Shown here: positions 34,821-44,259 of the stretch, piece by piece
Numbering within the stretch: the stretch's first letter is position 1
Layout: each line of letters begins with the position of its first letter
Source of the DNA: a virus
Strand: one strand, 5' to 3'
Virus record (IMG/VR): IMGVR_UViG_3300044678_002668
Coordinates: 15,503-79,502 of that record
DNA length: 64,000 nucleotides
Position numbers and translations under genes: made by a program
The notes under the pieces: generated by a model
Told to the model about the DNA's origin: nothing
What the model saw: the letters and a program-made list of their open reading frames with translations, nothing else
Databases searched by the model: none

Positions 34821-35279
34821 ATGAAAAAAGGCAAGAAAGAATATGAAACCCTGGGACATCTAAGCAAAGATGATCCTGATTATTTACGAGCTGTGGAGGA
34901 GCTTGTATCTAAGGTTAAATCAGCTCCCAGTGAGCTTAGCGAGGAGCGCAATCAAAACATTGAAGCGTTCCTTACAACCTTTCAAATCAAGTCAGGTACT
35001 TCAAAAATCCGAGCTAATTGGATTTACCATCTATATACCACTCTAGCTAAAGAGTCGGCTCTTTCTTATTCCTCTTTCTTTAAAGCGTTTTCTCCTAAGT
35101 TTCCTAGCCGCCACACTAAATACGGCAGGGTATATTTACTTAATAAAGAACCTTTTACATATTATTTTGAACTCAACAAAGATAAACAACATAGCATAGG
35201 AAAACCCATCTATGAAAAAACAGGATCAAAGATCATCGAGAAGCTCCAAGAAGATGAAAGCTCTGGACAAGAAACATAA
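34821..35279 (+). CDS. hypothetical protein (possible winged-helix DNA-binding)
   Basis: ORF track; IYHLY...FFKAF pattern. Confidence 0.7.
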   Translation: MKKGKKEYETLGHLSKDDPDYLRAVEELVSKVKSAPSELSEERNQNIEAFLTTFQIKSGTSKIRANWIYHLYTTLAKESALSYSSFFKAFSPKFPSRHTKYGRVYLLNKEPFTYYFELNKDKQHSIGKPIYEKTGSKIIEKLQEDESSGQET

Positions 35280-35679
35280 GCAGAGAGCTAAGAATTCAAA
35301 AAGAAGCCGAGCAGCTTTTCCAAATCTTCAAAAGAAATTTCATAATCTAAATGTTCATGAGTTTTTAGACTACGATTATATTGGACAGCTTTCTACAGAA
35401 GAAAAAAAGTGGTTCGATAAGTTTAATGAAGAGTATTATAGAGCTTATTTTAACAAGAAAACAAACAAGCACGTACATAAAAAAGCTCAAAGAAAAGAAG
35501 TATATAGTGCAAATAATGCTAGGAATAGGGACTTATACGCCCAATCCTTAAAGACTCGTACTTTAGAATTAGTGGAAGATTCTAAGACGTATATGGAAAA
35601 AGCTGTAGAAAACTATGAAGATGAGCTAATTGAGTGTTTGGACAATCAGGTAATTATTGATGTACAGGAAGAAGAATAA
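35212..35679 (+). CDS. hypothetical protein
   Basis: Basic N-terminus, DYDY..LS.EEKKW..KFNEEYY, NNARNRD. Confidence 0.75.
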   Translation: MKKQDQRSSRSSKKMKALDKKHKQRAKNSKRSRAAFPNLQKKFHNLNVHEFLDYDYIGQLSTEEKKWFDKFNEEYYRAYFNKKTNKHVHKKAQRKEVYSANNARNRDLYAQSLKTRTLELVEDSKTYMEKAVENYEDELIECLDNQVIIDVQEEE

Positions 35680-35698
35680 GTTAATCTTCTTCTTTTTT
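35667..35698. terminator. putative terminator at strand convergence
   Basis: GAAGAAGA..TCTTCTTC inverted repeat built from the two gene ends, followed by a T run. Confidence 0.45.
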
Positions 35699-36913
35699 AA
35701 GCAAATCTGTAATTAAATCAGCAATACTCAAACCACCAGAAGCATAGTTTAAAGGGTTTGTAGCTAGTTCTGTAAGGCCTTCTACGATGGGTAGAGCAAC
35801 ATCAGACTCTTTGCTATAAGACTTATCTACGGCTTTTATAGGATTTGCATATATTTTATCTACAATAGCTTTAGACACAGGTTTAACAAAAGCCTCTACT
35901 GGTTTACGAACAGTTGTAGCGGCTTCTCTAGTACCTTCTACAAGATCCTTAAAAGGATTTAAACTTTGGAATTGACGTTTAGCTTGGGGTTGATAAAACT
36001 CTGCTGCCTCTGCGTCTTGCCCAGCAGCCATACCAGCCCCAATAGTTAAAGGAACCGCAAGTCCTGCTGGCTTTTTTCTTTGAAGGATATCAAACATTTT
36101 TTTAAGCTCAAAGCCTTGAGGATGTTCTGCTGAATGTCCTACAGAAGGTTTTACCACTCTAGTAAAAGCTTCTATTTCTGGACTTTGTTCTGTGGCTAAC
36201 TCTGTTAAAAGAGATCTTTCTTTAGAAGTAATTAAAGGAAGTCTTCCTAGAGACTCCGGAATATCTTCTGGAATAGATTGAAGATTTTTAAGTCTAGTTA
36301 AAGCGGAATTTTTAACGTTTTTTAAAAGAGTTTTTCCTAAAGTTAAATTTTTAGCATCCGTACTTTGATGTCCGCCAAGTTCATGAAAAGAAGTTGCCAA
36401 CAAATCTACAGGAGTTTTTAAATAGTTTGAGTTTAAAAGAGTTTGTTTTGTTCTTGGATTATAGCTACCAAAAACGTTTTTAGAAAACTCGTCTGCTTGT
36501 TTTTTAGCCGCTTCATAAATTACAGCCAAGTCTCTTTCAGAGAGTTCTTTATTTGTGTTTTTTATTTTTGCTGTATATAAATCATTAAAAAGACTATTAA
36601 AAAGCTCTTGGGCTTGTTCTGGATCTTTTGGATCTACTAATACAAGGTTAGGCTTACCTAAACTATCATTGTAAAAATTATTATAAAGATATACAAGGGC
36701 TTCATCTAAGTCTTTAATGTTCTGTTCTTCCATGACTTTGGAAGCGTTGAATTTGCCTAGAGCGCGTCTTAAAATAAGTTTATTTGTGTCTAAAGGTAGT
36801 TGGGTTGTGTTAATAAGTTTTTCAGCCGTTGCCATTCTTTTAGCAGGATCTTGAATTTTATCCAATTCTTTAAAAGCAAGATATAGCTCACTAACAAGCT
36901 TATTTTTGCTCAT
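35681..36913 (-). CDS. late protein with zincin-like motif (possible ejected protein)
   Basis: GSYNPRT..LLN..ATSFHELGGH. Confidence 0.6.
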   Translation of the reverse strand: MSKNKLVSELYLAFKELDKIQDPAKRMATAEKLINTTQLPLDTNKLILRRALGKFNASKVMEEQNIKDLDEALVYLYNNFYNDSLGKPNLVLVDPKDPEQAQELFNSLFNDLYTAKIKNTNKELSERDLAVIYEAAKKQADEFSKNVFGSYNPRTKQTLLNSNYLKTPVDLLATSFHELGGHQSTDAKNLTLGKTLLKNVKNSALTRLKNLQSIPEDIPESLGRLPLITSKERSLLTELATEQSPEIEAFTRVVKPSVGHSAEHPQGFELKKMFDILQRKKPAGLAVPLTIGAGMAAGQDAEAAEFYQPQAKRQFQSLNPFKDLVEGTREAATTVRKPVEAFVKPVSKAIVDKIYANPIKAVDKSYSKESDVALPIVEGLTELATNPLNYASGGLSIADLITDLLKKEED

Positions 36914-37340
36914 CGCTTTTATTCTCTTCTTTCGGAGGCTGGATTAGCTGCATTACTTTTTGTTTAAAGTCTAAACCAGTAATCCTAGAAAGATTTTCAT
37001 ATACGCTTAGAAGCTCTGTGGCTCCAATTAAACCAGCCACTACATGTACAACGGGAACGGTATCTCCCATAAGGTATTTTTGAGCTACAAAACCAGAACA
37101 AACAGCTAGTAGATAAGCTGCTGATTTACTTACACTTCTACGTAACTTAGCACTTTCAATCTTTTGACCAATCTTTAAAGCGGCCCATACTCCTGTAATT
37201 AAATCCGCCACAATTAAAAACCCTACAGAGAAGAGCACTTCTTTGATGGGAGCAAAGAAAAGAGCTATCCAAGCCATAGCTTTAAGTAGAACTTTTTGTA
37301 CTTCACCGTCAGCTAAAGCAGCTTCTATGTAGCGTTTCAT
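36900..37340 (-). CDS. phage holin (holin_4_1-like)
   Basis: LIVADLITGVWAA..IESAKLR..ELLSVYENL; TM helices. Confidence 0.85.
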   Translation of the reverse strand: MKRYIEAALADGEVQKVLLKAMAWIALFFAPIKEVLFSVGFLIVADLITGVWAALKIGQKIESAKLRRSVSKSAAYLLAVCSGFVAQKYLMGDTVPVVHVVAGLIGATELLSVYENLSRITGLDFKQKVMQLIQPPKEENKSDEQK

Positions 37341-37341
37341 T

Positions 37342-39294
37342 TTAATTCTCCAAGTGGTCAGTCAAATGCGATTTTACGAAGTCTCTAAATACGGGGGTTT
37401 GTAACATAACATATAACATGGCAGCTCGTTTTTTACCTTCTGCATTATATAGGCCATGTAAATATTGAGCAATCTTAGGCTGGTCTAATTGATTGGCTAA
37501 ACGAGAAAGATAGTTGTAAATTCCAGCGTCAGTAAGAACACTAGCCATGGCACCAGGACTACGAAGAGCAGCACTGGTGGCTTGTTTACCAATAATGCCT
37601 TGTACAGAAGATCTTAAAAAGTCCGCTGCTTCTGCACTAATGGCAGTACCTTGAGTAATGAGACCTCGAGCACTAATACCTAAGTTACCTCTACCAGATT
37701 GTCCAAGAGCTGCACGCTGTTGAGCAGTACCACCAAGATCGGCAAACAATAGGTCATCTTTTAAATCAGCTAAGTTTTTATTATATTTATTAACTAAACC
37801 CTCATATTCTGGAATATATTTTTCTCTGCCTGTTTCTTTAAGACGCTCTTTCATTTCTTCAAGAACTTTTTTATCTCCTAAAAATTTATTTACTTTTCCA
37901 GAAGTAACTTTTTCATAATATTTTCTAATAGCTACTCCTGTTGGATTAACAGAAGAAGGATCGTTTAAGTCTGTTAATTTACCGATAAATAAAGCAATAT
38001 CTTTTTCTAAGCTAGAAACATCTCCGTAATAAAGATTTTCAAGACCTGTTAAGTCTTTAAAAATAGCTATGTCATTTTTAATTTCAGAAATTTCATCTAA
38101 TTTTTGAGAAAGTTTAGGATCAATTTGACGAAGTTTTGTAGAAATTTCAGATTCAATATTTTTTAAAATTTGACGACCTTGATTTCTAATTGGCTCAGAA
38201 TAGCCAATAGAAGGAAGTCCCCGTTCTCCTCTAAGCTCTGCCATGGATGGGTTTCTAGTCATCATTAAATCTAAATCTTCAGTTATTTGACGAGCTTTGT
38301 CAATTGATAATTGTCTAGTGCCAGGAATTAAAAACCCATCTTTATTAACTGATAAAATGTTGTTTTTAGTTAAATACTTAGCAAGAGCTTCTGCTGGATC
38401 AAATTCAGAACCAACAGTGTTAGCTTTCATTCTATTTAATAGTTCAATCCATCCAGTAGGATTGATATTAACAGGATCTGTTACGTTTTTAGAAGCTTCA
38501 TTTACAAGTTTTTTATACGTAGTTCCTAAAACTTGTTCTGCATTCATTAAATCTTTAGCAGTACGTATAGCTGTTTCATGTAATTTTGATCCAGCTTTTT
38601 CACTAAAAGTTCTAGAACCTACTAATCCAAAATCAGAAAATTCTGGATTGTCTTTCACTTTACGTACAACGTCAATGGTTTCTCGAATGTCTTGAAGAGT
38701 TCGAGAATCATCTACTCGCTTTAAAAGGTTTTTAGCAATGGGCATTGCCACTTCCATAGTTTCGCCTAAAGCAGCACCTAAAGCACCACCAAAAGCTGCA
38801 CTAGTAGCAGCATCTTTTAAACTCATATCTTCAGACTTAGTTCTTCCTAAATAGTCTAAAGCTCCAGCAGTGCCTCCTTGGGCAGCATATCCTGTAGCTC
38901 TCACAAGTCCTGAAGGAACCTTTGCTAGGTTAGCAGAAGTTTTAGCTAGTTTTGTAGCTTTTAATCCTAAGCTACCAATACCCGCTCCAGGAACAGACAC
39001 TGCTCCTGCCACGGTACCTGCACCATAAGCTAACGGATTTTGAGCAGCTAGCCGTTGGTCTTCTAAATCGTATTCTTCTTGAAGCTCTTTATATTCTTTA
39101 TCAGAAAAAGGAGCCACTACACCAGCTAGGAGTTCATCTCCCCAGTTAAACAAAGCACCTTGAGCAGCTCCAGCTCCAAAAGCTTTAGCTGTATCTGCAA
39201 ATCCACCTGGCTCAGTAGTGTCCATTTCTGGTTTTACAGAGGGGCTTTGAGCAATAAGTGCTTCTAATTCTTCTGGAGTCCAAGCTGATGACAT
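37342..39294 (-). CDS. internal virion / ejection protein
   Basis: GAAQGALFNWGDEL and Gly/Ala-rich segments; position after tail genes. Confidence 0.6.
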   Translation of the reverse strand: MSSAWTPEELEALIAQSPSVKPEMDTTEPGGFADTAKAFGAGAAQGALFNWGDELLAGVVAPFSDKEYKELQEEYDLEDQRLAAQNPLAYGAGTVAGAVSVPGAGIGSLGLKATKLAKTSANLAKVPSGLVRATGYAAQGGTAGALDYLGRTKSEDMSLKDAATSAAFGGALGAALGETMEVAMPIAKNLLKRVDDSRTLQDIRETIDVVRKVKDNPEFSDFGLVGSRTFSEKAGSKLHETAIRTAKDLMNAEQVLGTTYKKLVNEASKNVTDPVNINPTGWIELLNRMKANTVGSEFDPAEALAKYLTKNNILSVNKDGFLIPGTRQLSIDKARQITEDLDLMMTRNPSMAELRGERGLPSIGYSEPIRNQGRQILKNIESEISTKLRQIDPKLSQKLDEISEIKNDIAIFKDLTGLENLYYGDVSSLEKDIALFIGKLTDLNDPSSVNPTGVAIRKYYEKVTSGKVNKFLGDKKVLEEMKERLKETGREKYIPEYEGLVNKYNKNLADLKDDLLFADLGGTAQQRAALGQSGRGNLGISARGLITQGTAISAEAADFLRSSVQGIIGKQATSAALRSPGAMASVLTDAGIYNYLSRLANQLDQPKIAQYLHGLYNAEGKKRAAMLYVMLQTPVFRDFVKSHLTDHLEN

Positions 39295-39296
39295 AA

Positions 39297-40841
39297 TTAT
39301 TTACCTTCTCGTTTTTTCAATTCTGCTGTAAGTTCACGAAGTTTAGCGAGTGTTTGAGGATCTGTTTGCCCAGATTTAACTTGCTCTTGAAATTTTTCAA
39401 ATGCGGTTTCAAGTTGAGAAGTTGTAAATCTAGAAAAAGGACTGTCTGATTTGGGGCTCTGTCTTTCAAAATCCCAATAAGGAAAAGCTTGTTGTTCTAG
39501 TTTTTTAATCATTTCAGGATTATCTATTCCGTAAATTTCCATTTTAGTTTTAATTAAACTTTGTGTGGGTTTAATTACAGTGTTGTTAAACTCATCTCGT
39601 TTATATTCTGACATTTTTTCTAACTGTTTAACTAAGTTTCTAAATGTAGTGGAACCGATAGCTTTTGGATTATCTCCATATACCCTAGAAAGATTTGCTT
39701 CAACCCAATCAGAGAAAGTAGAGGCTCCTAAGAACATCTTGATTTCACCTTCTCTAACAGCAGAATCTTGATCTAATTGTTTAATAATATTATAGATTTC
39801 CATAATCTGCTGTGCAGAGTTTACTTTTTTAGGATTTTCAGCATATTCTCTTAGTTGTCTAATCTTCTCATCAAATCCTACAAGGCTTCTAGCTGTTTTA
39901 CGTACATCTCTATCAGAAGATGCTTTATATAAAGTATCTGACAATTCAGCTTGTACTTTACGAAGAGATTCTTCTTGTTTTGTTTGTTTTTCTTGAGATT
40001 TTTTAGCAGCTTCAGCTTTAGCTTTAATTTGAGGCTCAAGCATTGGATATAGTTTAGTGACTTGAGAATAGTTTAATTTATCAAAAGAAGCAGGAAGACT
40101 CATTCCTAAATTATCAAACATGTCCTTAAGAGAGTCTCTTGCCACTTGGCTAATAGTGGACCCAGTATCATATTGGTCCATAGATTCCATGGTGGGAGTT
40201 ATGGCTAGTTCTTGATTAATATTTTGTAAAGGAGTTTTGTATAGCTCTCCAATACCTGCCTGACCAACTACCCTAGCTTCAGTTGGAGTATAACCAGCAC
40301 CTGCAATGGCGCGGCTAATAGACTCTCCAGACTTCATAATAGACTCTAACTGTTGTCCTTTGCTAGCCTGTTCTTGAGCTTGTTTATAACGAGCCATTAA
40401 ATCCTTTAGAGGATCTGTAGTTTGTGGCATAGCTGTAGCTACAGTGGTGCCAATCTTTTCTTCAGCTTCTGGCAAATCTACACTGGCAGGTTGTTTTAAA
40501 ATTTCTTGAGTTGTAAGGTCAGCTTCAAATCGGTCAGCATAATCCTTAGCTAATTTAGAAAGCTTACCAAAGCTTTCTTTAATGGTGGGATCTGTAGCTT
40601 CTGAAGCCCTGGTTTCTGTAATGGAGGCAAACTCTCGTAACTTAGCGGGATCTTTAGTATTAGTTAAAAAGTCTCCCATTGTGGAAAAATCAGGAGCATT
40701 TTCCTCAAATGTTTCATATTGAGCAGGATTAAACATTTTACGGGTTCCAGCTTCAATAGCTTCAACTTGGCGTTGTTGAAGCTGTCGAAACTTATCTTCC
40801 GCTGTAAGATCGTCTTGTCCAAAAAGAGGTTGTCTTGGCAT
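39297..40841 (-). CDS. internal virion / ejection protein
   Basis: Helical, Q/K-rich; LDQDSAVREGE motif. Confidence 0.6.
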   Translation of the reverse strand: MPRQPLFGQDDLTAEDKFRQLQQRQVEAIEAGTRKMFNPAQYETFEENAPDFSTMGDFLTNTKDPAKLREFASITETRASEATDPTIKESFGKLSKLAKDYADRFEADLTTQEILKQPASVDLPEAEEKIGTTVATAMPQTTDPLKDLMARYKQAQEQASKGQQLESIMKSGESISRAIAGAGYTPTEARVVGQAGIGELYKTPLQNINQELAITPTMESMDQYDTGSTISQVARDSLKDMFDNLGMSLPASFDKLNYSQVTKLYPMLEPQIKAKAEAAKKSQEKQTKQEESLRKVQAELSDTLYKASSDRDVRKTARSLVGFDEKIRQLREYAENPKKVNSAQQIMEIYNIIKQLDQDSAVREGEIKMFLGASTFSDWVEANLSRVYGDNPKAIGSTTFRNLVKQLEKMSEYKRDEFNNTVIKPTQSLIKTKMEIYGIDNPEMIKKLEQQAFPYWDFERQSPKSDSPFSRFTTSQLETAFEKFQEQVKSGQTDPQTLAKLRELTAELKKREGK

Positions 40842-40853
40842 GTTAACTAATCC

Positions 40854-41873
40854 TTAATCTTCAGGAAAATTTTGAAAAGCAAAGTACTCATCTTTTTGTT
40901 TTTGAGTATTTGCAGAAGGTTTTCCAGCCCCAAATGCAGCGGCAATAGAACCAACACCAGAGCCAAGAGTTCCCCACATATTAGCCGTGGCATTAGCTTG
41001 CTGTTGGGCGGCTTGGGCTTGACCTGTCATAGCACCTGCTCTAGCTGATCCTAACCCAAGACGATTTTGGAACTGTTGTTGTAATAATCCTCTATTATAT
41101 TGCTGTTGTTGATTACGAAGAGCTACGTTTTGATCTGCAAAAGATTGACGAGCAGCTAAATTAGCAGCTTCTACTTGTCGGGCTCTATCTATATTTCTTT
41201 GAGCAGCATTTAATCTATTTGCTAGATTAAATCTTTCTACAGCGTCTTTAGATTGAGCAATATTAGACTGTTCATTAAACTCTTGACCCCTTAGTGATCC
41301 AGCTAACTCTCCACCTTTTGACATAGCATTTAGTCTATTTTGAAAAGCTTGTGCCCTTAAATCATCCATAGAAGCAGCTAAAGCATTTCCAGCCTGTTGA
41401 GAAGAACCTAAACGAGCAGCGGCTTCAATACCGCTTCCACCAGCTCCACGAGCTGCCATATTTTGAAGGATGGAAGCTTGACGAGCCGCTTCAGCAGCTT
41501 GAGCTTGTTGAGCCATACGAGCAGCCATAATTTGATCTGCTTCAGTAAGTCCTGTTTTGGAAATTTCTCCAAGCATATCTAAATAAGAACGTTGTTGCTG
41601 TTTTAAACGTGGATCAATTTGAAGAGCTTCCATGGCGGAAGCTTGTAATTGTTCTGGGGTTTGTTCCATTAAGCTTGAAAGAAGACCTTGAAGTTGATAT
41701 TCTTCTAAAGCTAGCTTTTGATCCTCAATATTAGGTATTTCAAAATTAAACTGACCAGCGGCACGATTAATTAAATCCCTTGAACGAGCCCTGTCACCTT
41801 CAGAAAGAAGGTTTCCAGCAATGCCTCCAACGGCCTGAGCACCTAAAATAGCAGCTAATGTCATTGGGTCCAT
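40854..41873 (-). CDS. DNA pilot/ejection protein
   Basis: MDPMTLAAILG..., Q/A-rich, ARGAGGSG. Confidence 0.65.
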   Translation of the reverse strand: MDPMTLAAILGAQAVGGIAGNLLSEGDRARSRDLINRAAGQFNFEIPNIEDQKLALEEYQLQGLLSSLMEQTPEQLQASAMEALQIDPRLKQQQRSYLDMLGEISKTGLTEADQIMAARMAQQAQAAEAARQASILQNMAARGAGGSGIEAAARLGSSQQAGNALAASMDDLRAQAFQNRLNAMSKGGELAGSLRGQEFNEQSNIAQSKDAVERFNLANRLNAAQRNIDRARQVEAANLAARQSFADQNVALRNQQQQYNRGLLQQQFQNRLGLGSARAGAMTGQAQAAQQQANATANMWGTLGSGVGSIAAAFGAGKPSANTQKQKDEYFAFQNFPED

Positions 41874-41879
41874 TTTATA

Positions 41880-43799
41880 TTATCCTTTTCGTAGTCTATC
41901 AAGAGCACTTAAAATTTGAGGAGAAGCATAATTTAAAGCTTGTCCGGCAGTGTTAAGACCAGCTACTGATCCAGCACCACCAGCAAGAACTGCTCCTGGT
42001 CCTAAAGTTAACATTGCGGCGGTTAAAAACGGGTTCTTAGCCGTATCATCAATTACCCCAGAAGCTAAGTTTAAAGATTCTCTAAAAGGTTGAGAAATAG
42101 GTCCTAAACGAACTAAGGCTTCATCTTTAGCTAAGTTGCCTACAGATCTACCCACTTCTCTAACTGGAGCGGCAGCTAATTCATTTAATTGTTCAAAAAA
42201 AGTAGAACCGCTTCTACGTCCATAAGCTGGACCGCCAATGTCCTGACCTACGAATTGACCTTCTTTTTTAAGTAAAGATTCTCCTGTGGCTGTTTGACCT
42301 CGTTGTAAATAAGGTCTCATTTGTTCGATGAGGTTTTGAGCCCTACCCCATCCAATACCCATCTGTTCAGCTAAATCATTAATACGAATATCATCAAAGC
42401 TTCCAGCTTCGGCAGCTCTACGAAAAGCTGCTCGTAGATCCGCTTCATCTTGATTACCAGCAATGTAAGCTTGACGTTGTTCAGGAGTCATAGACTCAAA
42501 GTCACGATTAAAATAACCAGCCACATCAGCTCTATTATTATAAGCTCCAAGAAGCTCATTCATAGCCGCTTCATATTCTGAAGCACGTTGAGCGGTAGTT
42601 TTTTCCGATTCCATAATACGAGTTCTTAAATTTTCTAGAACATTTTTATCTAGACCAATTGCCATATCAGCTTGAGCTTTATCTAAATATTCTCTGCCAG
42701 CAAGCTCATCTTCTAATCCATATAAAGATTTAAGCCTTTTCCTTTGATCCGCTGTCATAGCTTCTTCAGCGGTTCTAGGACCTAATCCAGTGGCGGCTTT
42801 ACGAAGAGTGGAAATAAGCTCTGCTTGACCGATATCAGTAATGTCTGCTTTATCTAAATCAATTCCAGCACCACTGAGAAGATTACGAATTTGCATAGCG
42901 GCAGAAGGGGGGAGTCCAGCTCCTTTTCCACCACCAGCTAATACATCTTCAACAGACCCTTCAGGAGAGAGTTTTTGAAAAGTTTGTACTGGCTGTCCAG
43001 TTAATTGAGTTAAAAGGTCTTCTTTTCCTAAGAAGTCTTTAAGAGCTTTTACTTGTTCATTGTATCCTTCAGCGGCTTCTTTAGCTCCAGTTTCAAGGCC
43101 AGTGATGGCTTGTGTACGAGCTTTTAGGATATTTTCACGAGCTGTTTTAGCTTGTTCTGCTAAAGCTTTGTTTGAAGCTTCAATAGACTGAGCTTGTTTT
43201 TGAGCCTCTCTATCAAGGCTAAAACCCTGTCTAGCCGCTTCATTAGCCGCTGTTTGTAGGTTTACACTACGAGCCAACAAACTGCTATCCAAAGCTCCTA
43301 AAGCCCCAGCACGAGGCTGGGAAGTAAGAGACCTACCAGCAGCCCTAGCAATGGCTTGCTGCCTTGCCATGGGGTCAAAACCAATGTTACGAGTCTCTTC
43401 TACAGCGGAACCAAGAGTTCCTTGCATAGCTTGAATACCACCCGTATCAGCGGTTTGAGCTTTGCCAGAACTGAGGTTTTTATATAATTCTTTATTTACG
43501 TCTGTAGGAGCGTTTTGTAAAGTTCCAATAAGACCTTGAGCTTGTCCTAAACGCTGAGTTTCCGCTTGGGTTTGAGCCCCAGCGGCTTGCACAGCTCCTT
43601 GAAGTTGTCCTTGAGCCCCTTGTACTTGTTGCTGTAAGCCCTGTTGAATTTGAGAGCCAATAGCTTGAACAGGCTGTACGTTCTGTTGTACAGTCTTTTC
43701 AAGACCTTGGTAGCCAGACCCTTGCTTTTTCTTTTTCCCTGATAAATCAAGGGGTTGCAAGGGTTGTACTTGTGTGGATGGAGGCTTCATCATGTTCAT
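41880..43799 (-). CDS. internal virion protein
   Basis: Q/A-rich helical protein, preceded by late motif. Confidence 0.6.
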   Translation of the reverse strand: MNMMKPPSTQVQPLQPLDLSGKKKKQGSGYQGLEKTVQQNVQPVQAIGSQIQQGLQQQVQGAQGQLQGAVQAAGAQTQAETQRLGQAQGLIGTLQNAPTDVNKELYKNLSSGKAQTADTGGIQAMQGTLGSAVEETRNIGFDPMARQQAIARAAGRSLTSQPRAGALGALDSSLLARSVNLQTAANEAARQGFSLDREAQKQAQSIEASNKALAEQAKTARENILKARTQAITGLETGAKEAAEGYNEQVKALKDFLGKEDLLTQLTGQPVQTFQKLSPEGSVEDVLAGGGKGAGLPPSAAMQIRNLLSGAGIDLDKADITDIGQAELISTLRKAATGLGPRTAEEAMTADQRKRLKSLYGLEDELAGREYLDKAQADMAIGLDKNVLENLRTRIMESEKTTAQRASEYEAAMNELLGAYNNRADVAGYFNRDFESMTPEQRQAYIAGNQDEADLRAAFRRAAEAGSFDDIRINDLAEQMGIGWGRAQNLIEQMRPYLQRGQTATGESLLKKEGQFVGQDIGGPAYGRRSGSTFFEQLNELAAAPVREVGRSVGNLAKDEALVRLGPISQPFRESLNLASGVIDDTAKNPFLTAAMLTLGPGAVLAGGAGSVAGLNTAGQALNYASPQILSALDRLRKG

Positions 43800-43808
43800 A
43801 ACTACTCT

Positions 43809-43821
43809 AAATTATTTGTTA
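43809..43821 (-). promoter_or_regulatory. putative late promoter motif
   Basis: TAACAAATAATTT, ~10 nt before ATG 43799. Confidence 0.6.
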
Positions 43822-44259
43822 ATTCGTAAATATTAGGATGTTTAACTGATAGCGTTTGTTAGCCACTAAGCCAGAAACATTCTGAATATTTAAAAGATTG
43901 TTTTGATCCACTGAAAAAGTAATGTAAGGGGTAGACGTTACAAACAAGCTACTATCGTCTATACACGTCGCTTTAACTACAAGGCTACCAAATATAGTAC
44001 CAGTGCTTGGATTCTTAATACGGGCCGTTAAACGCGAATCAGACCCATCCACAAGAGGAGTACCATTAGCGTCTACTTTTACAATGAAGTTTGTTAGCAA
44101 ACCCCATTTAAAATTACTTAAACTTAGCTCTCCTTGTAAAGTTTGCCAAAACTCTTCAAGAGCTGGATTAATTACGTCTGCCATTTTTTCCACAGTTGGA
44201 CGGATTTCTTCATCAAAATCCGAAGCTACAATGCGAGCGGGTTTTTGAATATTAGCCAC
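43819..44259 (-). CDS. virion structural protein
   Basis: ORF track; GTG 44259 is the likely start. Confidence 0.65.
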   Translation of the reverse strand: MANIQKPARIVASDFDEEIRPTVEKMADVINPALEEFWQTLQGELSLSNFKWGLLTNFIVKVDANGTPLVDGSDSRLTARIKNPSTGTIFGSLVVKATCIDDSSLFVTSTPYITFSVDQNNLLNIQNVSGLVANKRYQLNILIFTN

